From: a virus
Direction: 5' to 3' (one strand)
Virus record (IMG/VR): IMGVR_UViG_3300017766_005733
Coordinates: 67,626-131,625 of that record
DNA length: 64,000 nt
Position numbers and translations under genes: made by a program. Of the stretch, positions 1 to 9,298 are shown in pieces. Each line of letters begins with the position of its first letter. The first letter of the stretch is position 1. The notes under the pieces were generated by a model. It made no database searches. It was given only the letters and a program-made list of their open reading frames with translations, and was not told the origin of the DNA.

Positions 1-92
1 TGGCCGCCGACGGCCAGCGCCGGGCCAATGCGCTTGATGGCCTTCTGCTCAGGGAAAGGCGAGACGCCGATACTTCCGTTGACTGCTTCCAC
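1..92 (-). CDS. Partial ORF (runs off the window), possible GroES-like co-chaperonin
   Basis: GGAGG followed by GTG at 92 gives MEAVNGSIGVSPFPEQKAIKRIGPALAVGG..., a weak match to the GroES N-terminal strand and mobile loop; truncated. Confidence 0.25.
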   Translation of the reverse strand, partial: MEAVNGSIGVSPFPEQKAIKRIGPALAVGG

Positions 93-126
93 AGCTGCCT
101 CCAATGTACGATAGATAGCCAAAACC

Positions 127-1203
127 TCAGAGGTCGAGGCTCATCGCCATTCTTACCACCTTCGACTCGATGGCGTCAAGTGCCTCTAGCGCCCCATGCA
201 GGCGCATCGCTCGCTCCTTGGCCTCCAGTTCCGAGTCCGGCCGGTGCTCTTCAGGCGCCGCAAGGCCATCCCCGAAGGTGCGACCCTCGTCGCCCTCCGA
301 CATCGTGTCCTGCCAATCGACCGACAGCATGGAAACGGCCGACATCAGGCACGCCAAGTCCTCGGGAGAGGTCTGATAGCGCTTCTCCAAGCCGTTATTG
401 ACCGACTCGGCAAGCGTTGTGTAGTCGACCTGATCCGGCGGCGTTCGCCGCAGGGCCTTGTTCGCGCGATAGATGCGCCGGCGATCAAGGGGATAGAAGC
501 GAAGGGTCGTTTCGCTGTAGCGCTCGATGAAGAGCGCCGTCATGCGGCCGATGGCGACGCTGCGAAACACGGGACGGAAGGGGAGGCGGAACTTGTCGAT
601 GGCCGCCAACAACCCCTCGACCGCCAGTTGGACGAAGTCGAGGTAGTCCATGTGGCTTTTGGGCGTCTTGCCATAGAACATGCGCGCGCGGCTGATGGCC
701 AGTGGCAGGTTGGTCTCAACCAACTCCTGCCGCGCCGCAATCAGCTGCTGGCTGAGTTCCCAAAAGGGGCTAGAGGTGCCGTTTTCCCATCCCTTCTCGA
801 TGATGCGACGAGCGAAGGCGACGAAGGGGAAGTTGAAGTGGTACCTGAACAGGCTACGGACAGAGTTCGTACGGATGGCGGGGGAAATCTCATCGATGAA
901 GATGCCCTCAGGCTCTCGAAAGTAGGGCTGGGCGGCAAGGGCGTTTCTCCGCTCGTCGCGGATAAAGGTCACGAAGCGATCGTAGACGTCGAGACCCCGC
1001 GGGTCCTGAATCAGCGCCTTGCGGCAACGATCCTCAAGGTCCACCAGCAAGTTCATCTGCCGGCTTTGACGATCCAAAAGCGCGTCGGGGTCGCGCACCG
1101 GCATCTTCTCGTACTTGGCGAGCGCCCCAGCGACGTTGGCGGCAAAGACCTGCACGAAGCCATCGTCGTCGATCTTGGGTTTGCCTTTTGTTTTCTTAGC
1201 CAT
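127..1203 (-). CDS. Phage sigma70-family RNA polymerase sigma factor lacking region 4.2
   Basis: Region 2: ARQELVETNLPLAISRARMF...YLDFVQLAVEGLLAAIDKF...FRSVA. Region 3.2: LSVD...DEGRTFGDGL. Ends at ALEALDAIESKVVRMAMSLDL. Start taken at ATG 1203 (MAKKTK), overlapping the helicase stop. Confidence 0.85.
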   Translation of the reverse strand: MAKKTKGKPKIDDDGFVQVFAANVAGALAKYEKMPVRDPDALLDRQSRQMNLLVDLEDRCRKALIQDPRGLDVYDRFVTFIRDERRNALAAQPYFREPEGIFIDEISPAIRTNSVRSLFRYHFNFPFVAFARRIIEKGWENGTSSPFWELSQQLIAARQELVETNLPLAISRARMFYGKTPKSHMDYLDFVQLAVEGLLAAIDKFRLPFRPVFRSVAIGRMTALFIERYSETTLRFYPLDRRRIYRANKALRRTPPDQVDYTTLAESVNNGLEKRYQTSPEDLACLMSAVSMLSVDWQDTMSEGDEGRTFGDGLAAPEEHRPDSELEAKERAMRLHGALEALDAIESKVVRMAMSLDL

Positions 1204-2695
1204 TGATTTTGACCTCGGTTGCCGGCTCCCAGATGTCGGAATAGACGGCGCGACGTGATTCGGCTTGACGATGAAGTTCTGGGACATCGACGACATCGAA
1301 GTCAGTGAAGATGAAAGACGACTTGCCTTCGGGTTTGCGTGTTCCTCGACCAATAGCCTGCCGCAAGGCAATCTCGGAGGCGCCACCTACCATGTAGATG
1401 ACATGGCCGACTTTGGTGAAGTCGGTGCCTGTGGAGACACACGAGGTGCCGACGAGGATCGGCAGGTTGCCGGCGTTGAAGTCCTTGACGAGAGCATCGA
1501 CGTCGGATGACTGGTAGCCGGCGGGGATGTCTTCCTTTGCCTTCTTGCCGTCGGCGGCATGTGCCAGAGCCACTTTGTGACGCAGGTGAGGAAGCAGGTG
1601 CGTGAACTGCGGCAGTTCGTCGATGAGGATGAGGCAAGGCGTCTTCAGGCGATCGACGGTCATGTTCGCGAGAGCCGCCGCGGCCTTCGCCAGCCGCCGA
1701 TTGTTGACGACGTGGTGTCGGTGAAGGCGCATGATGTCTTGAGACCGGTAGTCGTCCTCGCTTTCAACCGGCACGACACGGAAGTGGGGCTTGGCGAGAA
1801 AGCCGCCGTCGATACCCTCTCTCGTCGACATCCGCATTGTCACGGGTCCCGTGATGCCCTCTAGCACCACGTCGAGTCCGTCGTTGCGCATCTGAGTCGC
1901 TGAGAAGAACATGCGATAGGGGGCGTTGGCCAGCAGCCCAAAGCAGACCTGCTGCAGAGTGGCTGCCGGCGTCAGGTGGCTTTCATCGGCGATGAAGACC
2001 TGCTTCTTCTGAAAGGTCTCCCAGTGCTGGCTGTCGGGGTCAACACGCACGAGACTAGCGGCGATGGCGATCGTCACCAGCTTGCTGCAGTCTTTCTTGC
2101 CGTCTCCGAAGAATCCAACCCTTTTGGCACCGAGGGCGTACTTGAAGTCAGCGTACAGCTGATTGGCGATGGATCTCGATGGCGCCATGACGACTGTTGG
2201 CAGCCCCAGAGCCTTGACAAGGTACAGAATGATGGTGGATTTGCCGAGGCCCGTGGCCAACTCAACGGCGCCATGGCGAGCAGCCAGCAACTTCTCGACT
2301 GCCTCACGCTGGTAGCCACGGAGGCTGTTCTTGGGCTGGTTGTCCCAAGGCACCAGTTCCCTGTCCGGGTATTCAACTTCGTTGATCAGCTGGCAGCCAA
2401 GGATCGACTGCAGCCGCGGCCCAAGGCCACTGTAGGTCTCGTCCTCCGGCAACAGGCAGGTCCCGTTCTGCTGCTCCTTCAACTTCCGCAGTTCCTCCAA
2501 GTAGGCTTCCTCGCCTCTGGATTCAATGATGCTTTGCCGCAGCCAAGCGCTGTTCTTCAGACGCTTGAGGGCGTAGACCGCCTTCTTGTCACGGTACGAC
2601 AAGGCGGATTCCACCTGCAGTCGCTCTCGGCTACCTTGCGGCGGCAGGCCTTCGATGCGAGTGCGGCAAGGCGAGTAGGTTCTGAGGACGGTCAT
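1196..2695 (-). CDS. Superfamily 2 DNA helicase (UvsW/ResIII-like)
   Basis: LRGYQRE Q-motif, LATGLGKS Walker A, DESH, SAT, QAIGRGTR motif VI. Confidence 0.9.
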   Translation of the reverse strand: MTVLRTYSPCRTRIEGLPPQGSRERLQVESALSYRDKKAVYALKRLKNSAWLRQSIIESRGEEAYLEELRKLKEQQNGTCLLPEDETYSGLGPRLQSILGCQLINEVEYPDRELVPWDNQPKNSLRGYQREAVEKLLAARHGAVELATGLGKSTIILYLVKALGLPTVVMAPSRSIANQLYADFKYALGAKRVGFFGDGKKDCSKLVTIAIAASLVRVDPDSQHWETFQKKQVFIADESHLTPAATLQQVCFGLLANAPYRMFFSATQMRNDGLDVVLEGITGPVTMRMSTREGIDGGFLAKPHFRVVPVESEDDYRSQDIMRLHRHHVVNNRRLAKAAAALANMTVDRLKTPCLILIDELPQFTHLLPHLRHKVALAHAADGKKAKEDIPAGYQSSDVDALVKDFNAGNLPILVGTSCVSTGTDFTKVGHVIYMVGGASEIALRQAIGRGTRKPEGKSSFIFTDFDVVDVPELHRQAESRRAVYSDIWEPATEVKING

Positions 2696-3270
2696 TGGGC
2701 CTTTGCGGCGTAGAAGGTGTCCACGGCCTTGAAGGCGATGATGCTGGACAAATCCTCGTGGAACTGGCGTTCGATCAGTGGGAGTTCTGATGCGTTCTCG
2801 CGGATGAAGGCCAAGATCCTTTGCAGCCGCGCCGCCAAGGCGCGGCGGCTTTCTTCCCCATGAAGGCGATTGAGGTCCTTGGCGATGGGGGCATCTGATT
2901 CATGGCAGACAACGAGCATGTCGTAGTCGCGAATGAGATCCACGACGCCTTCCTTGTCTGCCATCAGCTTCTCAAAGGGGTCGTCGGTGAGGTACAGCAG
3001 CGAGTTCAGAGGCGAGGAGTCGCTGATGACGATGACCTGCTTGTCATTCATCAGGTCCTCGGCCTCTGCCTGCTGCCCAAGGATCTCCGACTGGTCGCGA
3101 TCGGTGAGGACAACGGCCTGACCAGTCTGTCGCCGCTTCTTGGCGATGTAGCCGCGGGCGATCTCGACCACGAACTCAGCGCAAACGCCCATGCGCTTGA
3201 GTTCCACGAAGGTCATGGCCGCCAACGTCGTTTTCCCAGACGAGGGGATGCCGAGAAAACCGATCAACAT
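2692..3270 (-). CDS. P-loop nucleotide kinase-like ATPase (NadR/Ttd14 AAA-like)
   Basis: MLIGFLGIPSSGKTT Walker A, E-x-AR and ISDSSPL motifs; AGGAG SD before ATG 3270. Confidence 0.75.
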   Translation of the reverse strand: MLIGFLGIPSSGKTTLAAMTFVELKRMGVCAEFVVEIARGYIAKKRRQTGQAVVLTDRDQSEILGQQAEAEDLMNDKQVIVISDSSPLNSLLYLTDDPFEKLMADKEGVVDLIRDYDMLVVCHESDAPIAKDLNRLHGEESRRALAARLQRILAFIRENASELPLIERQFHEDLSSIIAFKAVDTFYAAKAQ

Positions 3271-3299
3271 GCCAGTCTCCTGAGATGAGGTCAACAATC

Positions 3300-3586
3300 C
3301 ATAGCACAAAACTGCCTGATCCGGGGGTCATCGGCCACCCGCCGAAGTCTTGTGCTATCGCGCGCGGCCGCGCGATGAGTCCATGCGCGGACTCTTTCTT
3401 TAGTTACAATAAATAGGGAAGTTTCACTGCATACAGCTTCCATGAATCATTCTCTATTATTGGATACTTAGTGCAGCCGACGCCTGACCGGCGTCAGCTG
3501 ACTTTAGTTGCGGCCTTCAGCTGAAGGCGTCAGTAACGCGCGCGCGATAGCACTCGATTTTCTTTGCTGGCGCCTGCAAAAAAGAC
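3300..3586. promoter_or_regulatory. Divergence region with AT-rich core and palindromes (candidate origin or control region)
   Basis: Non-coding gap at the strand switch; AT-rich about 3395-3470; inverted ATAGCACAA/TTGTGCTAT; palindromes at 3361-3374, 3493-3502 and 3513-3528. Confidence 0.5.
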
Positions 3587-3616
3587 TTGACAGGTGTCTC
3601 GCCTCGACCACAGACT
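3587..3616 (+). promoter_or_regulatory. sigma70-type promoter
   Basis: TTGACA-N18-CAGACT upstream of GGAGGT SD and ATG 3635. Confidence 0.5.
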
Positions 3617-3634
3617 CGGCGGCTGGAGGTAGAC

Positions 3635-3931
3635 ATGGCTCAGAAGCGCCTGTATGTGGTGAGGTTTGAGATGGAGTACCCGGTTCTGGCGGAGGACGCC
3701 GACGAGGCGACGTCTTACATCGACGACGCAATCGATGATTTGTCTTACACGCAAGACAACGCCGAGGCGCGGCTGATGGCCTTCTCCGCCTCTGGCGCCC
3801 CGGTCCTGCCCAAGCGCTACATGCTCAGTTCCTTGGTGTACGGCGCCGATGAAGACACAACGCTCGCGGGTGCCATCGCCAAGGAGAAGGCGATCAGGGA
3901 GTTTGAGAGCAAGCAGATGAAGCTGTTCTGA
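3635..3931 (+). CDS. Hypothetical protein
   Basis: GGAGGT SD, ATG 3635, codon usage like neighbouring genes. Confidence 0.75.
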   Translation: MAQKRLYVVRFEMEYPVLAEDADEATSYIDDAIDDLSYTQDNAEARLMAFSASGAPVLPKRYMLSSLVYGADEDTTLAGAIAKEKAIREFESKQMKLF

Positions 3932-3988
3932 GGCGCTGGAAAACGGGCTGTGCTATGAGTCGCGAGAAGTCGCAGGAGAACCCAGCCC

Positions 3989-5848
3989 ATGACCAGCTAC
4001 CAGAAAGTCAAGTCCGTCGCCAAGAACGTCACGCCCAAGGGCAAGCGACTGGAGTCGACGATCCTTGAGACCATGTCTCGGGTCTCAGAGATCGTCGGCG
4101 CCACCCTCGGCCCCGGCGGCCAGCAGGTCTTGATTGAGCGACAGGAAGACCTGCCGCCGTTCGTCACCAAGGACGGCGTCACGGTCTACCGCAGCCTCGG
4201 CTTTGCCGATCCCGTGGCGCACGCCATCATGGAGACGGCGCGTGATGCCAGCATCCGCACGGCCTCGGAGGCCGGCGACGGCACCACGACGGCGACCGTG
4301 CTGTCGGAGGCCATCGTCCGCCACACCCTGAACTTCACGCGCAACAACCCCAAGGTCTCTCCTCAGCGCGTTGTTCGCAGCCTCCAGCGAGTCTTCAATG
4401 ACTCCTTGGAGCCGATGATCCGAGACCTCGCCATCCCCGTTGATTCCTCGTCGGAGCAGGGGCAGAAGCTGCTGAAGCAGATCGCTTCGACTTCGGCCAA
4501 CGGCGACGGCGAACTCGCCGATGCCGTTTCGCAGGCCTTCGACATCACGGGCGACGACGGCAATGTGACGATCGTTGAGTCTTCGGGCCCCAGCGGTTAC
4601 GACGTTGAGAAGATCAGCGGCTACCCGATCCAGATGGGTTACGAGGATTCGATGGCGCGGTTCTACTCGCGCTTCCTCAACGACGTCGCCAATCAGCGCG
4701 TGCTCCTCGATGATCCTGTGTTTGTGCTCTTTGACGGCCGCGTCACGGAGTTCCAGACCCTGTTCCCGGCCCTGCAGATGATCAGCGAAAAGTACGTTTC
4801 GCTGGGCTACAACCACAACGTCGTGGTGGTGGCCGCTGGCTTCAGCGAGAGCGTCCTTGGTCACCTCGCCATCAACTTCAACGAGCCCAACACCATCAAG
4901 ATCGTGCCGATGATGGTGCCGATGTCGCCGCAGCTGAATGCGCAGCGCGCCTTCCTTGAGGACGTGGCGGCTGTCACCGGCGCCCGCATCTTCGACCCCC
5001 TCAACAGCCCCATGGACAAGTGTCAGCTGGAGGACTTCGGTGCGCCGATGGTCGACGAAAGCGACGAGCGTGGCACGCGCATCCGCTGCCGCGGCATTCG
5101 CCACCTTGAGATGTACCGCTTCCGGTCGACGCTGATTGGCGTCCCCGAGGAAGAGGGCACCGAGGCGCGTCTCGTCGAGCGCATGGAGGCCCTGCGTCAA
5201 CAGGCGGCACAGAGCGGCTCCAGCGAACTCGATCGCATGCTCATTCAGGAGCGCATCGCGCGTCTGACGGGTGGCATCGCCCGGCTTCGTTGCCTTGGCG
5301 CCAGCAACGGCGAACTCAAGGAGAAGCGTGACCGCGCCGAGGACGCCGTCTGCGCCGTCCGCGGTGCCCTGAAGACCGGCGCTCTGCCGGGTGGCGGCTG
5401 GACCTTCCTCTACCTCTGCGCGGCGCTGCGGGCGGCCGAGGACCCCATGGGCATCCTTGAGCAGATCCTGATTCCTTCGCTGGAGGAGCCGCTGCGTCGT
5501 CTGCTGACGAACGCCGGCTACAACGCCAGTGAATGCGAAGAGGCGCTGAAGGCTGTGAGCGCCAACGCCAAGGCGCTCTACGAGGACCCGGAAGAGAGCC
5601 TTGAGTCGGCGACGATCGTTGACGTGTCGAGCGGCAAGACAGTGCTGGCGCTGCAGGAGGGGGTTGTCGACGCTCTGCCCGCGGTCTTGGAGGCGCTGCG
5701 CAACAGCCTTTCGATCGCCAGCCTCCTCGGTACCCTTGGCGGCACCGTCGTCTTCCACCGCGACACGGATCTGGAGCGTACCGAGGCCCGCGCCGCCGCG
5801 GCCTTTGAGCGCAACGCGAATGTGAATCCAGCCGACGAGAAGCCCTGA
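3989..5848 (+). CDS. groEL: Phage-encoded GroEL-like chaperonin
   Basis: TLGPGG, VTKDGVTV, EAGDGTTTATV, ERIARLTGGIA, LKEKRDRAEDA, LPGGG. Confidence 0.95.
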   Translation: MTSYQKVKSVAKNVTPKGKRLESTILETMSRVSEIVGATLGPGGQQVLIERQEDLPPFVTKDGVTVYRSLGFADPVAHAIMETARDASIRTASEAGDGTTTATVLSEAIVRHTLNFTRNNPKVSPQRVVRSLQRVFNDSLEPMIRDLAIPVDSSSEQGQKLLKQIASTSANGDGELADAVSQAFDITGDDGNVTIVESSGPSGYDVEKISGYPIQMGYEDSMARFYSRFLNDVANQRVLLDDPVFVLFDGRVTEFQTLFPALQMISEKYVSLGYNHNVVVVAAGFSESVLGHLAINFNEPNTIKIVPMMVPMSPQLNAQRAFLEDVAAVTGARIFDPLNSPMDKCQLEDFGAPMVDESDERGTRIRCRGIRHLEMYRFRSTLIGVPEEEGTEARLVERMEALRQQAAQSGSSELDRMLIQERIARLTGGIARLRCLGASNGELKEKRDRAEDAVCAVRGALKTGALPGGGWTFLYLCAALRAAEDPMGILEQILIPSLEEPLRRLLTNAGYNASECEEALKAVSANAKALYEDPEESLESATIVDVSSGKTVLALQEGVVDALPAVLEALRNSLSIASLLGTLGGTVVFHRDTDLERTEARAAAAFERNANVNPADEKP

Positions 5849-6129
5849 TGCCAGTCTACCGTTATCGCTGCCCGGAATGCGGAGCCGACCACGAGCGGAT
5901 TCGCAGCAAGCCCCCGGAGTCTCAGCCCTGCCCCAAATGCGGGGCTGAGATGGCACGGGCCCCCAAGGGGCCGGGCGTGGCGGTAATGGAGACGCTCGAC
6001 AATGGCGTCATGACGCGACCCGTGGAGCGGGTCGTGGACCAGCCACGCCTGCATCGAGAGAAGATCAACCACGTCGAAACCGACGCCAACATCGAAACGT
6101 GGTCGGGGCGGCGAGTCGGAGAGGGTTGA
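5848..6129 (+). CDS. FmdB-type zinc-ribbon protein
   Basis: MPVYRYRCPECG...CPKCG. Confidence 0.85.
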   Translation: MPVYRYRCPECGADHERIRSKPPESQPCPKCGAEMARAPKGPGVAVMETLDNGVMTRPVERVVDQPRLHREKINHVETDANIETWSGRRVGEG

Positions 6130-6160
6130 CAGGCTTCGTCGTGTCTGATAATCGACGAGA

Positions 6161-8155
6161 ATGCGCCTCAACATCAAAAGCCTTGAACTCAGCCGTTTCC
6201 GCAGCTATGTGGAGCCGGCTGGGGTTCTTTTTCCAGAAACGGGACTTGTACTGGTGCGCGGCAACGGATCCGGCGCCGGCAAGTCCAGCCTCTTCATGGC
6301 CATCTACGATGCCATCGGCATCTGCCCCGTCCCCGCGACGCAGCTGAAGTCGTGGCACGGAGATGGTTGCCGCAGAGTGTCGCTCCAGCTTGAGGCGGAT
6401 GGAAAGGACATTTCCATTCGCCGCGGCGAAGCGCAGTCACTGACGATCGATGGCGCTGAAAAGGCCATGGAGTCGCTGCCGTCGGCACTCGGCGTCAAGG
6501 ACCTTGAATGGCTGTTGCCGTTGACTTATCGGCCACAGAATGGCGGCTCCTTCTTTCTCTCCCTCGGCGACGCCGAGAAGAAGAGTTTCCTCTCCAGTGT
6601 CCTTGGCCTTGATGCCTTGGAGAAGGCGTTTGAAGAAAGCCAAGAGAAAATGCCGAGGCTGCAGGCGGCCAAGGAGGCGGCAGCGGCCCGACTTGCTTCC
6701 ATCGCCGGCGGCCTGCAGGCCAACAAGGAGGCGCTGAAGGGGGCTGGCGGCGTTGCTCTTGACGACCTGACGGCGGCACAGGATGCCGTTCGGATTGCGG
6801 TGGAAGAAGCGAAGGACGCCGTGCAGGCGGCACGGGCCGACGTCACCGCTCGCACGGCGGAAATCTCCCAGCTGCAAAAGCAGTCGCCGCAGCTGACGCC
6901 GGAAGCTGAAGAGCAGGTTGCGGCGTTGCGAGCGCCGCCGCCAGCCGATCCGATGCTTGCTCAGTTTGAGTCACGCCTCAAGGCCGTGGATCAACAGGAG
7001 GCGGCGGCGAAGAAAGAGTGGTCGGAGGCCAACGCCGCGTACCTGAAGGCCACGCAGGCGTGGTCTCTGGCGTCTACGAAGCTGGCGAAGGCAGAGGCCG
7101 ACCTCGCTGCCCTGCGGCGGCAGGAGCAGACGAAGGCGGCCGAGTTGGAGTCCCTGACTTCAGGCGTCTGCCCCACCTGCCATCAGCCTTGGCACGATCA
7201 CGAAGAGCAGTCCGACCGTTCGATGTCTCTTGCGGAACTGCGCAAGCGCATCACCTCGCAGGAGACTGTCGTTGCCGAGATGGCGGTGACGCAAGAAAAA
7301 CCGCAGCCGCCTCCCCAGCCCGATCTGTCCCAGCAGCAGAAGATGCGCGTGGCCCTGAGGCAGCGCTACGACCAGCTGCAGCTGGCTCATCGCCAGAAGG
7401 CACTGGAGAACTCGGCGGCCGCAGATGCATTGATTGCCGCCGCCCGCGTCGACCTCGATCGTCGCCTGAGCGCCCTGACGACTGAACGCGCTGAGGCGTC
7501 ACAGAAGCTGACGGAAGCCACCAATCGCTTGCAGGCCGCCGAGCACCACAAGGCGCTCGTGGGTCTCATCGTCCGCGCGCAGCTGGATCTGACTCAGGCG
7601 CAAGAAGTCCTTGACCAAGCCCTCGCCGAGATGAAGGCCGAGGATGACTTCAGGGCCCTCGTCGGCCCCAAGGGCTTCCTCGGCGCCATCTTCGATGAGG
7701 TGCTGGAGGAGATCAGCACCGAGACCAATCGCCTGCTGGCACTCATGCCAAACGTCACACATGTCAGCCTGCAGCTTTCGTCGACGAAGACCTCGGCGAC
7801 ATCCAAGAAGCAGCAGAAGGTCATCACTCCCGTCTTCCGCAGCCATGGCCATGAGATCGCCGGCGCTTGGATGCGGGTCTTCAGTGGCGGTCAGGTGACG
7901 GCCATTCAGCTGGCGCTGGATCTGGCTGTGGCTCAGGTGCTGGGGCGCCGTACGGGCCTTGAGGCTGGCTGGCTGATCCTTGACGAGCCCTTCGTGGGGC
8001 TTCCGGCTGCGGAGACGGAGCAGGTCATGGAGGTTCTGCGGCTGCTCGCAGAAAAGCGCTTGCTTCTTGTCGTGGACCATGGTACTGAAGCGCAGCAGAT
8101 GTTTTCGCGGACGATCGAAGTCGTAAACGAAAACGGTCGTAGCAGACTACAATAG
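6161..8155 (+). CDS. SbcC/Rad50/gp46-like SMC-family ATPase
   Basis: GNGSGAGKSS Walker A, coiled coil with CPTC zinc hook, FSGGQ signature, LILDEP Walker B, VDH. Confidence 0.92.
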   Translation: MRLNIKSLELSRFRSYVEPAGVLFPETGLVLVRGNGSGAGKSSLFMAIYDAIGICPVPATQLKSWHGDGCRRVSLQLEADGKDISIRRGEAQSLTIDGAEKAMESLPSALGVKDLEWLLPLTYRPQNGGSFFLSLGDAEKKSFLSSVLGLDALEKAFEESQEKMPRLQAAKEAAAARLASIAGGLQANKEALKGAGGVALDDLTAAQDAVRIAVEEAKDAVQAARADVTARTAEISQLQKQSPQLTPEAEEQVAALRAPPPADPMLAQFESRLKAVDQQEAAAKKEWSEANAAYLKATQAWSLASTKLAKAEADLAALRRQEQTKAAELESLTSGVCPTCHQPWHDHEEQSDRSMSLAELRKRITSQETVVAEMAVTQEKPQPPPQPDLSQQQKMRVALRQRYDQLQLAHRQKALENSAAADALIAAARVDLDRRLSALTTERAEASQKLTEATNRLQAAEHHKALVGLIVRAQLDLTQAQEVLDQALAEMKAEDDFRALVGPKGFLGAIFDEVLEEISTETNRLLALMPNVTHVSLQLSSTKTSATSKKQQKVITPVFRSHGHEIAGAWMRVFSGGQVTAIQLALDLAVAQVLGRRTGLEAGWLILDEPFVGLPAAETEQVMEVLRLLAEKRLLLVVDHGTEAQQMFSRTIEVVNENGRSRLQ

Positions 8156-8165
8156 GAGCACACAA

Positions 8166-8447
8166 ATGCCGAAGAAGATGAAGGCCGAAAAAGACCCCTT
8201 TGCCAACCTTGACAGCGACTTCAAGGACGCAATCCTGCAGGGCGAAGAGACGGCGGTGCGCGCCGCGGCCTCCAAGGTCGCCCTCGATCAGGAAGAACTC
8301 ATGTCGGCCAAGGAAGGCGACGAGGACCTGAAGCAGGCGATGGCGGCGGCGTCGGTGGCCAGCGCCGTCTACCGCGAGGGCACGAAGATGAACAAGCTGC
8401 GCATCAAGTTCATCCGCAGCGTCCTCAAGAGCCGCGGTCTGGAGTGA
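8166..8447 (+). CDS. Hypothetical helical protein
   Basis: AGGAG SD, ORF with typical codon bias. Confidence 0.8.
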   Translation: MPKKMKAEKDPFANLDSDFKDAILQGEETAVRAAASKVALDQEELMSAKEGDEDLKQAMAAASVASAVYREGTKMNKLRIKFIRSVLKSRGLE

Positions 8448-8524
8448 ATGCATGTTTCATGCCGTGCGTTTTTAGGATTTGAAAAACGCATGGAATGTTT
8501 CTTGCGACGCAAGATGAGTTGATC

Positions 8525-8556
8525 CAACCCCGGTCGAAAGGCCGGGGTTGTGCTTT
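8525..8556 (+). terminator. Hairpin, probable terminator
   Basis: CAACCCCGGTC-GAAA-GGCCGGGGTTG followed by TGCTTT. Confidence 0.55.
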
Positions 8557-8616
8557 ATGCGACGTGAATCTTGGTTTTCCACTTCCGTTGACGCATAGCG
8601 GGGTGGCGGAGCGAGT

Positions 8617-9213
8617 ATGCGCGTCCTCGGCCTCGACTTGTCCAGCAATCCCGGTTTCGCGGTTGTCGAGGCTGAGCCCGAGGGGCAGCTGAGGTTGATT
8701 GCCTACAAGGGCTATCACGTCGAGGCTAAGTCGTCGTTCCCATTTGCTCATGTTGACATCGCTGAATCCGTAACCAAAATCGTTGTGGATTGGGTGGAGA
8801 ATCATTCTCCAGACCGAATCGTCATTGAGCAAACGAATCTGGGCAAGGCAAGGTACTCCCAGAAGCAGCTTGAGTTCATTCATTTTGCTGTGATCAAAGA
8901 ACTGCGATCACGCCACCTTGATTTCGTCTATGTTGACTCCTCTGAATGGCGCCGCGCCCTTGCGCAGCGGCTGTCGAAAGAGGATCGAAAGAACAACGCC
9001 AAGGTGGCGAAGGCAAAGAAGACCGAGGACCCCTTGGCGACCAAGAAGGCGCTTGGGGTATCGGGCAAAATCACACACAAGCATCTCTCTGTGGCTTGGG
9101 TGAACGCCAACTTTCAGCTGCAGCTGAAGTTGAAGGACAACGACGTCGCTGACGCCGTGTGTCTTTGCGCCGCGGCGATGCAGCCCGGCATCCGATTCTG
9201 CGACGGAACCTGA
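8617..9213 (+). CDS. RuvC-like Holliday junction resolvase
   Basis: VLGLDLS, IVIEQ and DNDVADAV acidic catalytic motifs of the RNase H fold. Confidence 0.85.
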   Translation: MRVLGLDLSSNPGFAVVEAEPEGQLRLIAYKGYHVEAKSSFPFAHVDIAESVTKIVVDWVENHSPDRIVIEQTNLGKARYSQKQLEFIHFAVIKELRSRHLDFVYVDSSEWRRALAQRLSKEDRKNNAKVAKAKKTEDPLATKKALGVSGKITHKHLSVAWVNANFQLQLKLKDNDVADAVCLCAAAMQPGIRFCDGT

Positions 9214-9298
9214 GGAAAACTCTGGCCAAAGACGAAGTGGGATGTTAGAGTCCCGCTTCGTTGTCGGCATATTTTGGCGATGACACAAGGAGGACAGA

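Noticed and set aside
1204-1386. N-terminal extension of the sigma ORF in the track
   Set aside because: Overlaps the helicase C-terminus; ATG 1203 coupled to the helicase stop is the more plausible start.
4085-5956. Long antisense ORFs (also 9761-11548, 21575-23683, 30330-31889, 43851-45362)
   Set aside because: They mirror well-supported genes and have no motifs or SD sites; expected from GC-rich codon bias.
9214-9298. Cobalamin riboswitch or NrdR box upstream of nrdJ
   Set aside because: Only 85 nt with a single hairpin; no B12-box or NrdR consensus recognised.
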